Origin: Planctomycetota bacterium
GTDB taxonomy: Bacteria > Planctomycetota > Planctomycetia > Pirellulales > UBA1268
DNA: 45,483 nucleotides
Direction of reading: 5' to 3'
Assembly (NCBI GenBank): GCA_003670865.1
Contig: QWQJ01000070.1
Location: forward strand, 1 to 45,483
In this document: piece after piece, positions 19,263 through 27,666 of the stretch
Position numbering within the stretch: position 1 is the stretch's first letter
How the letters are laid out: every line of letters begins with the position of its first letter
Program-made: the position numbers and the translations under genes
Notes under the pieces: generated by a model
What the model saw: only the letters and a program-made list of their open reading frames with translations
Databases searched by the model: none
What the model was told of the DNA's origin: nothing

Positions 19263-20309
19263 TCAAGCGGCCGCCAGCCTCTGAGCATCGGTTGAATTCT
19301 CAAGCAGTTCCTGGGGTACAAGCCCCACAAGATCGACGATGTCAAGCAGACCGACTGGCCGGCCTGCGTCATTCACAACCGGCAATTCACTCAGTCGTAG
19401 TGACTCTAAAATAGCAACCGCATCGCGGAGCCTTGTGCCCGCCGCAACCGTCTTCGGCCGACTCGTCATAACGCATTCAATCGCTGCGTCGATTGCAGCG
19501 TCATTGCGCCGTTCAAAGAGTCGGGCCAGATCGCTGTCGGTAAAAATTCCTGCCAATGCCCCAGCATTGTCGATGATCATCACAGCACCCGTGCGACGGG
19601 CTGGCAGCGGCCGGGCAAAGACGGCTCGGACCGTGTCACTGGGCTGCGCGATACGGCATTGAGAGAGGGGTCGCATGGCCTCCTCGACAAGCGTCAACTG
19701 CCGACCGAGACTGCCACCGGGATGCCGAACGGCAAAGTCTTCGTGTGTAAATTGCCGTAGACTACTTGTCGCCAGTGCTAAGCCATCCCCGATCGCCAAA
19801 AGCAGCGATGTGCTGGTGCTGGGGGCCAGCCCCAGCGCGCAAGCTTCCTGCACGCGGCCTGTGACGACAACCACGTCGGCAGCGCGGCCCAGAGTGCTGG
19901 CGACTGTCCCTGTGATTGCCACGATCGTGTTTCCAAGTGATGCCACATGGGGGAGCAGACGCGTGACTTCTTCGGTCTCTCCCGACTGGGACACAGCCAG
20001 CACAACATCGTCACGTCGCAGGCTGCCCAGATCACCGTGCATCGCCTCGGCCGGGTGCAAGAAATGGCTTGGAGTGCCGGTCGAAGCAAGCGTTGCTGAA
20101 ATCTTGCGGGCCACGAGGCCAGCCTTGCCGATCCCCGTCACGACAACACTCCCCGTACAGGCTTCGATGATCCGCACTGCACGGCAGAACGAAGCGTCGA
20201 GGCATTCAGCCGCTGCCCCAATGGCGGCAGCTTCGGCGCGGAGGATCTCGCGTCCACGCGCAATCACGTCTTCATCTGTCGCAGTCGCGGTCGAAACAAA
20301 CTGATCCAT
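19263..20309 (-). CDS. kdsD: arabinose-5-phosphate isomerase (SIS + tandem CBS)
   Basis: The SIS core is 'VVVTGIGKAGLVARKISATLASTGTPSHFLHPAEAMHGDLG...VSQSGETEE', and it is followed by two CBS-like repeats. I chose the ATG at 20309 (MDQFV...). Confidence 0.85.
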   Translation of the reverse strand: MDQFVSTATATDEDVIARGREILRAEAAAIGAAAECLDASFCRAVRIIEACTGSVVVTGIGKAGLVARKISATLASTGTPSHFLHPAEAMHGDLGSLRRDDVVLAVSQSGETEEVTRLLPHVASLGNTIVAITGTVASTLGRAADVVVVTGRVQEACALGLAPSTSTSLLLAIGDGLALATSSLRQFTHEDFAVRHPGGSLGRQLTLVEEAMRPLSQCRIAQPSDTVRAVFARPLPARRTGAVMIIDNAGALAGIFTDSDLARLFERRNDAAIDAAIECVMTSRPKTVAAGTRLRDAVAILESLRLSELPVVNDAGRPVGLLDIVDLVGLVPQELLENSTDAQRLAAA

Positions 20310-20477
20310 TGAAGGCCATCCACGCGGTGTCTCTCGGAATCGCGCAGCATGCGGGGCGCGGGGCGAGACTATAGGGCGTCTGGGCAAGGGTCACAACGCC
20401 AAATCACGCACCGCCACATCAATGGGGTGGAGAGCTTTTTATCCCGGAAAAAAAGGCTGTACCGCCGCCCTACAAGC

Positions 20478-21521
20478 CTACGACTGGGTGTATCGCTGGG
20501 CCATTTCTGCCAGTGTCACGATTGGTATCTTCCTGGCGTTTCCGGCTTGGCCAAATTGGACCATTCGCTCGGCACAAATTTTCTTCATCGCATCCCGTGC
20601 TGGCTTGAGATAGTCGCGTGGGTCAAACTTATCCGGGTATTCCCAGAGCACCTTGCGAATGGCGGCTGTGATGGCCATGCGGTTGTCGGTATCGACGTTG
20701 ATCTTACGGACTCCGTGCTTGATGCCTCGCTGAATCTCTTCGACCGGCACGCCCCATGTCTGCGGCATCTTGCCACCGTAGCGATTGATCATGTCCTGCA
20801 GTTCTTGCGGCACACTCGATGAGCCGTGCATCACGAGATGGCAATTCGGCAATCGGCGGTGAATCTCCTCGATCCTAGCCATGGCTAGCACTTCACCATC
20901 GGGCTTGCGGGTAAACTTATACGCACCGTGACTGGTGCCGATAGCGACGGCCAATGCGTCGACGCCTGTGGCTGCCACAAAACGCTCCGCCTCATCGGGA
21001 TCGGTGAGGAGTTGGTCGTGAGAGAGCGTACCCTCGGCACCGTGGCCGTCCTCAGCTTCGCCGTGGCCACTTTCCAGAGAACCCAAGCAGCCCAGTTCAC
21101 CCTCCACCGAAACTCCCCTTGCATGAGCTGTCCGCACAACATCCGCAGTCACTTTCACATTATAAGCGAAGTCGGCCGGTGTCTTACCGTCATCCTTGAG
21201 TGAGCCGTCCATCATCACGCTGGTAAAACCGTTGTCGATGGCACTGGAGCAGGTGGCGGGTGAGTTGCCGTGGTCTTGATGCATGGCCATCGGAATCGTC
21301 GGATAGAGTTCGGCGGCCGCGATCATCAGATGCCGTAGATAGTTGTCTTGACTGTAACTCCGCGCACCTCGCGAGGCTTGGACGATCACGGGTGAATCGG
21401 TTTCCTTGGCCGCTTCCATAATCGCTTGAATCTGCTCCATGTCATTGACATTGAAGGCGGCAAGGCCGTAGCCGTTCTCGGCAGCGTGATCGAGCAGAAT
21501 GCGCATGGGAACGAGCGGCAC
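20478..21521 (-). CDS. fba: class II fructose-1,6-bisphosphate aldolase
   Basis: The N-terminus reads '[53 protein letters not shown]', and 'HLVMHGSS' is also present. Family N-termini start MxLVPMR, so the GTG at 21521 (giving M-PLVPMR) is more likely than the ATG at 21506 or the track start at 21638. Confidence 0.9.
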   Translation of the reverse strand: MPLVPMRILLDHAAENGYGLAAFNVNDMEQIQAIMEAAKETDSPVIVQASRGARSYSQDNYLRHLMIAAAELYPTIPMAMHQDHGNSPATCSSAIDNGFTSVMMDGSLKDDGKTPADFAYNVKVTADVVRTAHARGVSVEGELGCLGSLESGHGEAEDGHGAEGTLSHDQLLTDPDEAERFVAATGVDALAVAIGTSHGAYKFTRKPDGEVLAMARIEEIHRRLPNCHLVMHGSSSVPQELQDMINRYGGKMPQTWGVPVEEIQRGIKHGVRKINVDTDNRMAITAAIRKVLWEYPDKFDPRDYLKPARDAMKKICAERMVQFGQAGNARKIPIVTLAEMAQRYTQS

Positions 21522-21652
21522 GGGGTGGGCTCCAAGGAGTGCGGGGAAAAAAAAGGAACGCGGATCAAGAGTCGTGGGAAGACAAATCATAAGTCGTTTT
21601 GGACCGCACGACAAACAGCAGCAAAGAGCGGGCGGCATGCTAGACTCTTTGG

Positions 21653-22078
21653 ATGGATTTCAAGCCCACAACCGATCCGCTTTCCAGCTTTCTGTATGTC
21701 GCTGGGGGCTGGATGTGCGTTGGCTTGGCTGTGCTGGGGGCCGTTCTTCCAATCCTGCCGACAACCCCATTTTTGCTGCTGGCAAGCTGGTGCTTTTTTC
21801 GTGGCTCACCACGGATTCATGCCTGGCTGCATCGCTCGAAGTGGTTTGGACCGACGCTCGACGACTGGGGTCACTACCACGGCATTCGCCGCAGCATGAA
21901 ATACCGTACCTTCGGGATGATTGGGGTCGTCGTTGCCGCCAGCTTGGTGCTCAGTAGTTTGCCCTGGTGGCTCCAGTATGGTGTGCTCGGACTGGTCGCC
22001 ATCGGCCTCTACGTCGTCTGGACGGTGCCAACATTGCCTGACGATGCGCCTCGCGCTCCACGCACGATCGTGCAGTGA
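21653..22078 (+). CDS. DUF454 (YbaN-like) inner-membrane protein
   Basis: 141 aa. '[31 protein letters not shown]' is the DUF454 signature, and there are four hydrophobic segments. Confidence 0.75.
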   Translation: MDFKPTTDPLSSFLYVAGGWMCVGLAVLGAVLPILPTTPFLLLASWCFFRGSPRIHAWLHRSKWFGPTLDDWGHYHGIRRSMKYRTFGMIGVVVAASLVLSSLPWWLQYGVLGLVAIGLYVVWTVPTLPDDAPRAPRTIVQ

Positions 22079-22107
22079 AGTTCTAAAACTATGCACTCAG
22101 ACAAAAA

Positions 22108-23628
22108 TTAGTTTTCAAGACTGGCATCTGGCTCGGGAAGCCAGTGGGTCAGCAGCACGCCCACAAGTGCATACGTTCCGGCAACGGCCGCCCCCACCCA
22201 TGCGATCCGCACTGGATCGGGAGGCGTTGCCGCCGAGAGTGTCAACGTGAGCCATGCTGCAGCTGTGCCCAGCACTCGGCCACCGATATTGGCTGCAAAG
22301 CTTTCCCCCGTACCGCGCAGGTGCGTAGGAAAAACGAGCGGAATGTAGTTACCCCAAAAGCTAAACTGTGCGACTGTAAAAAGGCCCGCCACAAAGATGC
22401 CTGCCTTGATCCATGGCAGGGATTCAATGCTGGAAAGTTGTGTTGAAATCCACCAAAAGAGCGCTGGCACAATAAGCAGCGCCGGGATTTGAAAGAGCCG
22501 CAGCAACCGCCGACGCCCGATGATCCGTAACGCTGCTAAGGCCAGCAGTACGCGGCCCACGAGGCCGCCGATTTCCTGATAGATCGTTACCGTGGCCACA
22601 GCCTCGTCTGTGGCATTGCCTGCGATGCTCTTGAGTTTGGCGGCGGTTGGAACAGCTCTCCCCTGCTGCTTGGCTGTGAGAAGAGCCTGCTCTTTTGCCG
22701 CATTGGCCTTGGCCACAATCGCCGCATGACCCTTGGGGCCACCCAGGATCTGGGGCAGTTGCTGGATCGCACCAAAGGCAATGCCGTAACTGGCCGCAAA
22801 CACCAGCGTTGTCAGCACCGTCGAACGGATCAACTGCGGACTGAAGAGTTCACGAATGCTGGGACGCCGTAGCGTGCCGGCCGCTTTTTTTTCAGCCCAG
22901 ACAGGGCTCTCTGGAAGAAATGGGCGAATCAGAATCAGCGGTAGAGCCGGGATGACACCCGATATCAGCGTGTAACGCCAAGCATCGTGGCTGCCGTGGA
23001 TGGCTGGCAGGATGTCGGCGAATCGCGCCGCCAGCACATTGGCTGCGCCTACGAGCAGGCCGCCCACGGATGAAAATGCCTGCGTCCACCCCAGCGCTCG
23101 CTCCCGCTGCTCTCTGTCGGGAAAGAGTTCGGCCAGCCAGGCAACGGCCGCCACAAACTCCACGCAAACGCCAATGAATACCAAGCAGCGAAAGACCAGC
23201 AACTGTTCCAGCGTCGTCGCAAATCCAGCCGCGAGTGCCGAGAAGGCGTAGAGCAGGATGCTCAACGTGAGCACGCGACGGCGACCCAGCAGGTCGGTGA
23301 GATACCCGCCAAGGAGCCCAAACACACCGCCCGCGATGGCTGGCACAAAAAAAAGAGTCCGCGCCCAACCCACATAGCTCGGCCCACCCGGACTCCAAAG
23401 TGCCAGTGCATCGGCCGCTGACATGCCCCCCTGCGTAAGCGCATCGATGACTGGTTTACTCAGATCTCGAATCGCCGGCTTAATTACCAGCGGTAACATC
23501 AAGAGTTCATAGATATCAAACGCAAAACCAATCGCCGCGATGACGCAGACCAGCCAACCGGTTGCCGACAGCCGACCAGAGGATGCAAGACCGCTGCTAG
23601 GAACTGCCGGCGTTGATCGCGATTGCAT
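22108..23628 (-). CDS. MFS transporter
   Basis: 506 aa with about 12-14 hydrophobic helices. It has the MFS loop motif 'GYLTDLLGRRRVL'. The ATG at 23628 lies 19 nt after the stop of the lipoprotein gene. Confidence 0.8.
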   Translation of the reverse strand: MQSRSTPAVPSSGLASSGRLSATGWLVCVIAAIGFAFDIYELLMLPLVIKPAIRDLSKPVIDALTQGGMSAADALALWSPGGPSYVGWARTLFFVPAIAGGVFGLLGGYLTDLLGRRRVLTLSILLYAFSALAAGFATTLEQLLVFRCLVFIGVCVEFVAAVAWLAELFPDREQRERALGWTQAFSSVGGLLVGAANVLAARFADILPAIHGSHDAWRYTLISGVIPALPLILIRPFLPESPVWAEKKAAGTLRRPSIRELFSPQLIRSTVLTTLVFAASYGIAFGAIQQLPQILGGPKGHAAIVAKANAAKEQALLTAKQQGRAVPTAAKLKSIAGNATDEAVATVTIYQEIGGLVGRVLLALAALRIIGRRRLLRLFQIPALLIVPALFWWISTQLSSIESLPWIKAGIFVAGLFTVAQFSFWGNYIPLVFPTHLRGTGESFAANIGGRVLGTAAAWLTLTLSAATPPDPVRIAWVGAAVAGTYALVGVLLTHWLPEPDASLEN

Positions 23629-23647
23629 AAGCGCCTATTGTGAAATT

Positions 23648-24046
23648 TCAGGGTCCGATGGAGGGCGGGTTCTTAGCCAGGAAGTCGCGCGGGCCGCGGG
23701 TGGTGTAGTAAGGATACGCCACGCCACCAGTGGGCGGACCAGCAGGGCCTGTTTGGCCGTAATTGGATGCAGCCAAGGCGGCCTTTTCCTGCGGCGTGAG
23801 GTGATGCTTGGCCAATCCACCATACTTTCCGCCGGGCTGGCAGGAAGCACCTTGGCATTCTTGGCATGCGCCATCTTGGCATGCGCCATCTTGGCACTGG
23901 CCATTTTGGCCTCGGCCACCGGCATGACCAGCCTGATGGGCGTAGGGGCCGTCAAAGTTTGCAAGGAACAGTCGATCGATGATCGAGCACCCGCTCGACA
24001 TCCCGATCACTGCAACCACCAACAGAAGTCCAGAGGTTTGTTTCAT
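23648..24046 (-). CDS. small Cys/Gln/Gly-repeat lipoprotein, unknown function
   Basis: 132 aa from the ATG at 24046. The lipoprotein signal with lipobox is 'LLLVVAVIGMSSGC'. The central repeat is 'GQCQDGACQDGACQECQGASCQ', and the C-terminal motif is 'YPYYTTRGPRDFLAKNPPSIGP'. Confidence 0.6.
   Translation of the reverse strand: MKQTSGLLLVVAVIGMSSGCSIIDRLFLANFDGPYAHQAGHAGGRGQNGQCQDGACQDGACQECQGASCQPGGKYGGLAKHHLTPQEKAALAASNYGQTGPAGPPTGGVAYPYYTTRGPRDFLAKNPPSIGP
23851..23919. repeat. in-frame tandem 15-nt repeat (about 4.6 copies, two identical)
   Basis: CTTGGCATGCGCCAT occurs at 23860-23874 and 23875-23889. Degenerate copies follow at 23890-23904 (cttggcactggccat) and 23905-23919 (tttggcctcggccac), with a 9-nt partial copy at 23851-23859. 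On the minus strand the repeat encodes the CQDGA unit. Confidence 0.85.
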
Positions 24047-24232
24047 GACAGAGTTTCCAAAGACGACCGGCCCACGGGCAGCCAAATTAATCGACGGGCC
24101 AAGCGCCTCGTCGGGATGCACCGTGAAGGACCACGCCCACATCCAAGAGAAGTATCGGTCGATTGGGTTAGACCGGTTGAGAAAACTCTGCCGGTCACAC
24201 ACTGGAGGAACGAGGCAGCCTAGGCACGTCGT

Positions 24233-25579
24233 TTAACCCGCATAACGGCCCACCACCAGCGAGATATTCTGGCCCCCAAAGCCAAAGCTATTGGAAACGG
24301 CATGGGTGATTTTGGCTTCTCGGGATTTGTTGGGAACATAATCAAGATCGCAGTCGGGATCGGGTTCTTCGTAGTTGATCGTCGGCGGTGCCATGCTGTC
24401 GCGGATGGCCAGCAAGCAGACAATCAATTCCGTGGCGCCGGCAGCAGCAATCAGATGGCCCATCATGCTCTTCGTGCTGGAGACTGGGATTTTGTAGGCC
24501 CGAGGGCCAAAGACGTTTTTAATTGCCAGCGTTTCAACGCGATCGTTCACGCTGGTACTTGTGCCGTGGGCATTGATGTAACCAATCGCATCGGGGCCAA
24601 CGCCAGCATCTTGGAGCGCCATGGTGATGCAGCTGGTTGCACCGCGGCCTTCTGGATGCGTGTCGGTGATGCGGTAGGCGTCTGCCGTTGAGCCATATCC
24701 CAAGAACTCACCGTGGATCGTCGCACCGCGTTTCTTGGCATGCTCGAGTTCTTCGAGCACGACCATGGCCGCTCCCTCACCCAGGACGAAGCCGTCACGA
24801 TCACGATCGAATGGACGGCTGGCCCGAGTGGGCTCGTCATTACGAGTCGATAGCGCCCTTAGCAAATTGAACCCCGTCACTCCAAAGGGATGGATCATGC
24901 TGTGCGTGCCCCCCGACAGCATCACATCGGCATCACCGCGACGGACTAGCTCAGCCGCCTCACCGATTGCCTGACTCGACGCCGCACAGGCTGTCAGGCA
25001 GTTGACGTTTGGCCCCTGCGCATCAAATATTCCAGCCAAATGACCGGCCGGCATGTTGGGCTCCTGCTCTACTTCCGAGAGCGGATGGAGCGTTTCCAAA
25101 CCGAGCTTGGTAAACTTGGCGATGTCCAGCGTATCGCCTTCGATGGCTGCCATCATCATCCGCGTGAACGAATCAAAATCTTGTTGTCCTTCGCCGCTAC
25201 CGAGGTAAACACCCAGCCTCGTTGGATCGGCCAACCCCTTGGCAAGGCCCGCATCCCGCATGGCCTGCAGAGCTGCACCGATGGCAAACCGGGTGTGTCG
25301 GCCACAAAAACGCCATACTTTTTCGTCTTGACCCTCATGGCCCAAATCCCAGTTACGAACCTCTGCCGATATCTTTGTGGGGAATTTCGATGCATCAAAG
25401 ACGGTCGTGATGCCGACGCCAGACGCCCCCGCCATCAGATTTTTCCAGAGTTCTTCCACCCGCACGCCCAGTGGCGTAATGCAACCTACTCCCGTGATCA
25501 CAACCCTGCGTCTGCTGGCAACCATTGCCGCTCCTTCAAAAACATTTCGAGAAACCGACCACTCTTCAGCACGGGCCAT
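24233..25579 (-). CDS. fabF: beta-ketoacyl-ACP synthase II-like condensing enzyme
   Basis: The Cys-His-His triad is intact ('LTACAASSQAIGEA', 'INAHGTSTSVND', 'KSMMGHLIAAAGA'), and 'RRVVITGVGCITPLG' is present. The ATG at 25579 shares 1 nt with the upstream stop (TGATG). This may be a paralogue rather than the housekeeping fabF. Confidence 0.85.
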   Translation of the reverse strand: MARAEEWSVSRNVFEGAAMVASRRRVVITGVGCITPLGVRVEELWKNLMAGASGVGITTVFDASKFPTKISAEVRNWDLGHEGQDEKVWRFCGRHTRFAIGAALQAMRDAGLAKGLADPTRLGVYLGSGEGQQDFDSFTRMMMAAIEGDTLDIAKFTKLGLETLHPLSEVEQEPNMPAGHLAGIFDAQGPNVNCLTACAASSQAIGEAAELVRRGDADVMLSGGTHSMIHPFGVTGFNLLRALSTRNDEPTRASRPFDRDRDGFVLGEGAAMVVLEELEHAKKRGATIHGEFLGYGSTADAYRITDTHPEGRGATSCITMALQDAGVGPDAIGYINAHGTSTSVNDRVETLAIKNVFGPRAYKIPVSSTKSMMGHLIAAAGATELIVCLLAIRDSMAPPTINYEEPDPDCDLDYVPNKSREAKITHAVSNSFGFGGQNISLVVGRYAG

Positions 25580-26079
25580 CACCAATCGGGACGCACCAGT
25601 GGTTGTCCGGCTTCGTCGCGACCGATATCGTAAATGTGCATCTGGTCAAGCCACTTCAGCAATTCATCCGGTTCGAAGAGTTTCGGAATGCCTTCGCCTG
25701 GCTCAAGGTGCGCGAAAAAAAGCTCCGCTTCACCCTGCAATTGATCGCCCACTCGGCTGGTCACATGTGTCAGTGAACCGGTCGGCTTGAGATCGCGGAT
25801 CTCAGCCCGGAAAATAAGCGTGTCGCCAGGGACTGCGTCGAAATGAAAGTCGGCTACAGCCACCTTAGCCAGCACAACACGGCGGTTGTAATCAATCGCT
25901 TCGGCCACCAACAGGCCGGCCGTCTGGGCCATGCCCTCGACGATCAGCGAATTGGGCATGAGGGCCGCGCCCGGAAAATGGTCGTGCATATGCTCCTCGG
26001 CAAGAGAAACATTTTTCACCGCCGTGGCATGCTTGGCATGCACGAATTCATTAAATCGATCGATCCAAAACCAGCGCAT
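25579..26079 (-). CDS. FabZ/FabA-like hotdog-fold dehydratase (second copy)
   Basis: 166 aa from the ATG at 26079, 'MRWFWIDRFNEF'. The catalytic region is 'HMHDHFPGAALMPNSLIVEGMAQTAG', and there is an extra tail of about 45 aa at the C-terminus. Confidence 0.75.
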   Translation of the reverse strand: MRWFWIDRFNEFVHAKHATAVKNVSLAEEHMHDHFPGAALMPNSLIVEGMAQTAGLLVAEAIDYNRRVVLAKVAVADFHFDAVPGDTLIFRAEIRDLKPTGSLTHVTSRVGDQLQGEAELFFAHLEPGEGIPKLFEPDELLKWLDQMHIYDIGRDEAGQPLVRPDW

Positions 26080-26162
26080 GAAAGGGGGTCGGCAGGGCCG
26101 TCTTTTGGGACAGAAAAAGGATGGGTGAGAGTGCCTGGCAAACGATTGAAAAACCGACACAA

Positions 26163-26549
26163 TCAAGTGGATAGTTTGCCCTGTACATAGCGAACCATGT
26201 CTTCAACCGTCAGCGTATTGGCAAAGTTTTGCACACTGGGATTTGCCTCAAACTTTGTCAGATCCGCAAACGGCATCCGCACTTTAAGTGTGGCCAAGCC
26301 GGCGGCGTTCACTTTTCCATTAGTGACATATTCAGAACTGGAGAGAACATCCTCTGGAAAAAGTTCTCCCCGAGGGATTTTGATGGCAAATGTTTTTTCT
26401 AGGCGAAAGACAATGTCGAGAAAGTCGATTGACTCTGCTCCAAGATCGCCCACCATAGTGGCCGATGGAGAAACTTCGTCCTCATCAACACCGAGGGCAT
26501 CGATCAGGGCTGTTTTGACTTTTTCAAAGATTTCATCACGAGACGGCAT
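26163..26549 (-). CDS. atypical acyl/peptidyl carrier protein with C-terminal extension
   Basis: 128 aa. The carrier core 'DEDEVSPSATMVGDLGAESIDFLDIVFRLEKTFAIKIP' has the presumed phosphopantetheine Ser in 'AESID' rather than the canonical 'DSLD'. About 55 extra residues follow the four-helix core. Confidence 0.7.
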   Translation of the reverse strand: MPSRDEIFEKVKTALIDALGVDEDEVSPSATMVGDLGAESIDFLDIVFRLEKTFAIKIPRGELFPEDVLSSSEYVTNGKVNAAGLATLKVRMPFADLTKFEANPSVQNFANTLTVEDMVRYVQGKLST

Positions 26550-26766
26550 CGACTGTCACCTTGCAAACGAGGATAGAAAAAGACCGGAAACGATTCCAGC
26601 GTCGCACGGTTGTAATGTTGTGCGGCCGGAATGGGAACCCCAAACTCGGATTCCGCAGCGATTCCCCCTGCTCTGAGGCGGGAAAATGCTGGAAAATAGG
26701 TTTCTAGAGCAGACCTCCCGGAGTTCAGACGGGCGACAACAAGCCCCGTAAAAAAGATTCGCCAGA

Positions 26767-27321
26767 CTAGCGACCAGAACCCACCGACTGAAGGGCGGGC
26801 TTGGCAGTTTGGCCGCTGTATACCGTGGGTCTCGGAGTGCCGCTGAGTCGACCAGCAGGATGGAGAATCGACCAGAGTTTGCGCATTTCGGCCCGCACTC
26901 GCACATCGACTGCGTCGCCGTACGGCATGCGATCGGCCAAGTTGTAACGCTCCAGTACGAGTCTGGCCGTTAGGCTTGTGCGACCACCGATCATGCCGCT
27001 CGCCTTGATCTTGGTTGTGTTGGCATCCTGTCCGATCACCTCGGCGGTGACAGTCAGCACTTGCCCAGGCTGGAGAAAGTCGCCGTACTTCACATTTTTT
27101 GCCGTTCGCAACACAATAATGCTGTGGGCAAAATCTTCTCCCAATCGAATCGTCCAAGCGGCGGCTTGGGTCATCGCCTCCAGCATCAAAACGCCCGGCA
27201 TGACGGGAAACCGGGGGAAGTGATCGGCCAGATAATCCTCCGACAGCGAGAGCGTTTTAATCGCTGTGATGCTTTGGCCCGGCTCGATGGCAGTCACGCG
27301 GTCAAGGAGAGTAAAACGCAT
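26767..27321 (-). CDS. FabZ-like hotdog-fold dehydratase (first copy)
   Basis: 184 aa from the ATG at 27321, 'MRFTLLDRV'. It has the canonical FabZ active-site stretch 'LADHFPRFPVMPGVLMLEAMTQAAAW'. Confidence 0.75.
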   Translation of the reverse strand: MRFTLLDRVTAIEPGQSITAIKTLSLSEDYLADHFPRFPVMPGVLMLEAMTQAAAWTIRLGEDFAHSIIVLRTAKNVKYGDFLQPGQVLTVTAEVIGQDANTTKIKASGMIGGRTSLTARLVLERYNLADRMPYGDAVDVRVRAEMRKLWSILHPAGRLSGTPRPTVYSGQTAKPALQSVGSGR

Positions 27322-27666
27322 GCAATTTTTTCCGTCGTGACTGCAAAACCTGTTGAGCAATCTTCATAATGGATCGGATAACCTGCTCACAGTATAGGAA
27401 TTAGCCGCCACTCCACAACCTACCGGCCACATTTTCACACCTATTTTCGCTTTTCACCAGGAAAGCCATCGTTATGATCGACGTAATCCGGTGGGTTTCA
27501 CTTCCAGCCGCGAATGCAGCCAGGGAGCGACTCTTCTGCTGGTTTCTGCGGTGTCTATAGAAAGGCGTCAATAAACGTTTCTGCAAAACGCTTCTCCTCA
27601 AAAGGAAGCTCTCGCGGGCGTGCTCTTTGATTCATTGCCTCATCTGATAGATAAAAACGAGCCTCT

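Noticed and set aside
23540-24223. 227-aa + strand ORF with an Ala/Leu repeat (ILACAILACAILALAILA)
   Set aside because: It is the antisense reading of the MFS start, the lipoprotein gene and the 15-nt tandem repeat. The minus-strand reading gives a clean lipobox protein instead.
24233-27321. Interpreting the hotdog-ACP-hotdog-KAS genes as the ordinary fabZ-acpP-fabF housekeeping cluster
   Set aside because: The carrier protein is 128 aa with a non-canonical Ser context, there are two divergent hotdogs, and no fabD/fabG/fabH neighbours are present. I therefore kept it as a finding. Only a genome-wide paralogue count can settle the question.
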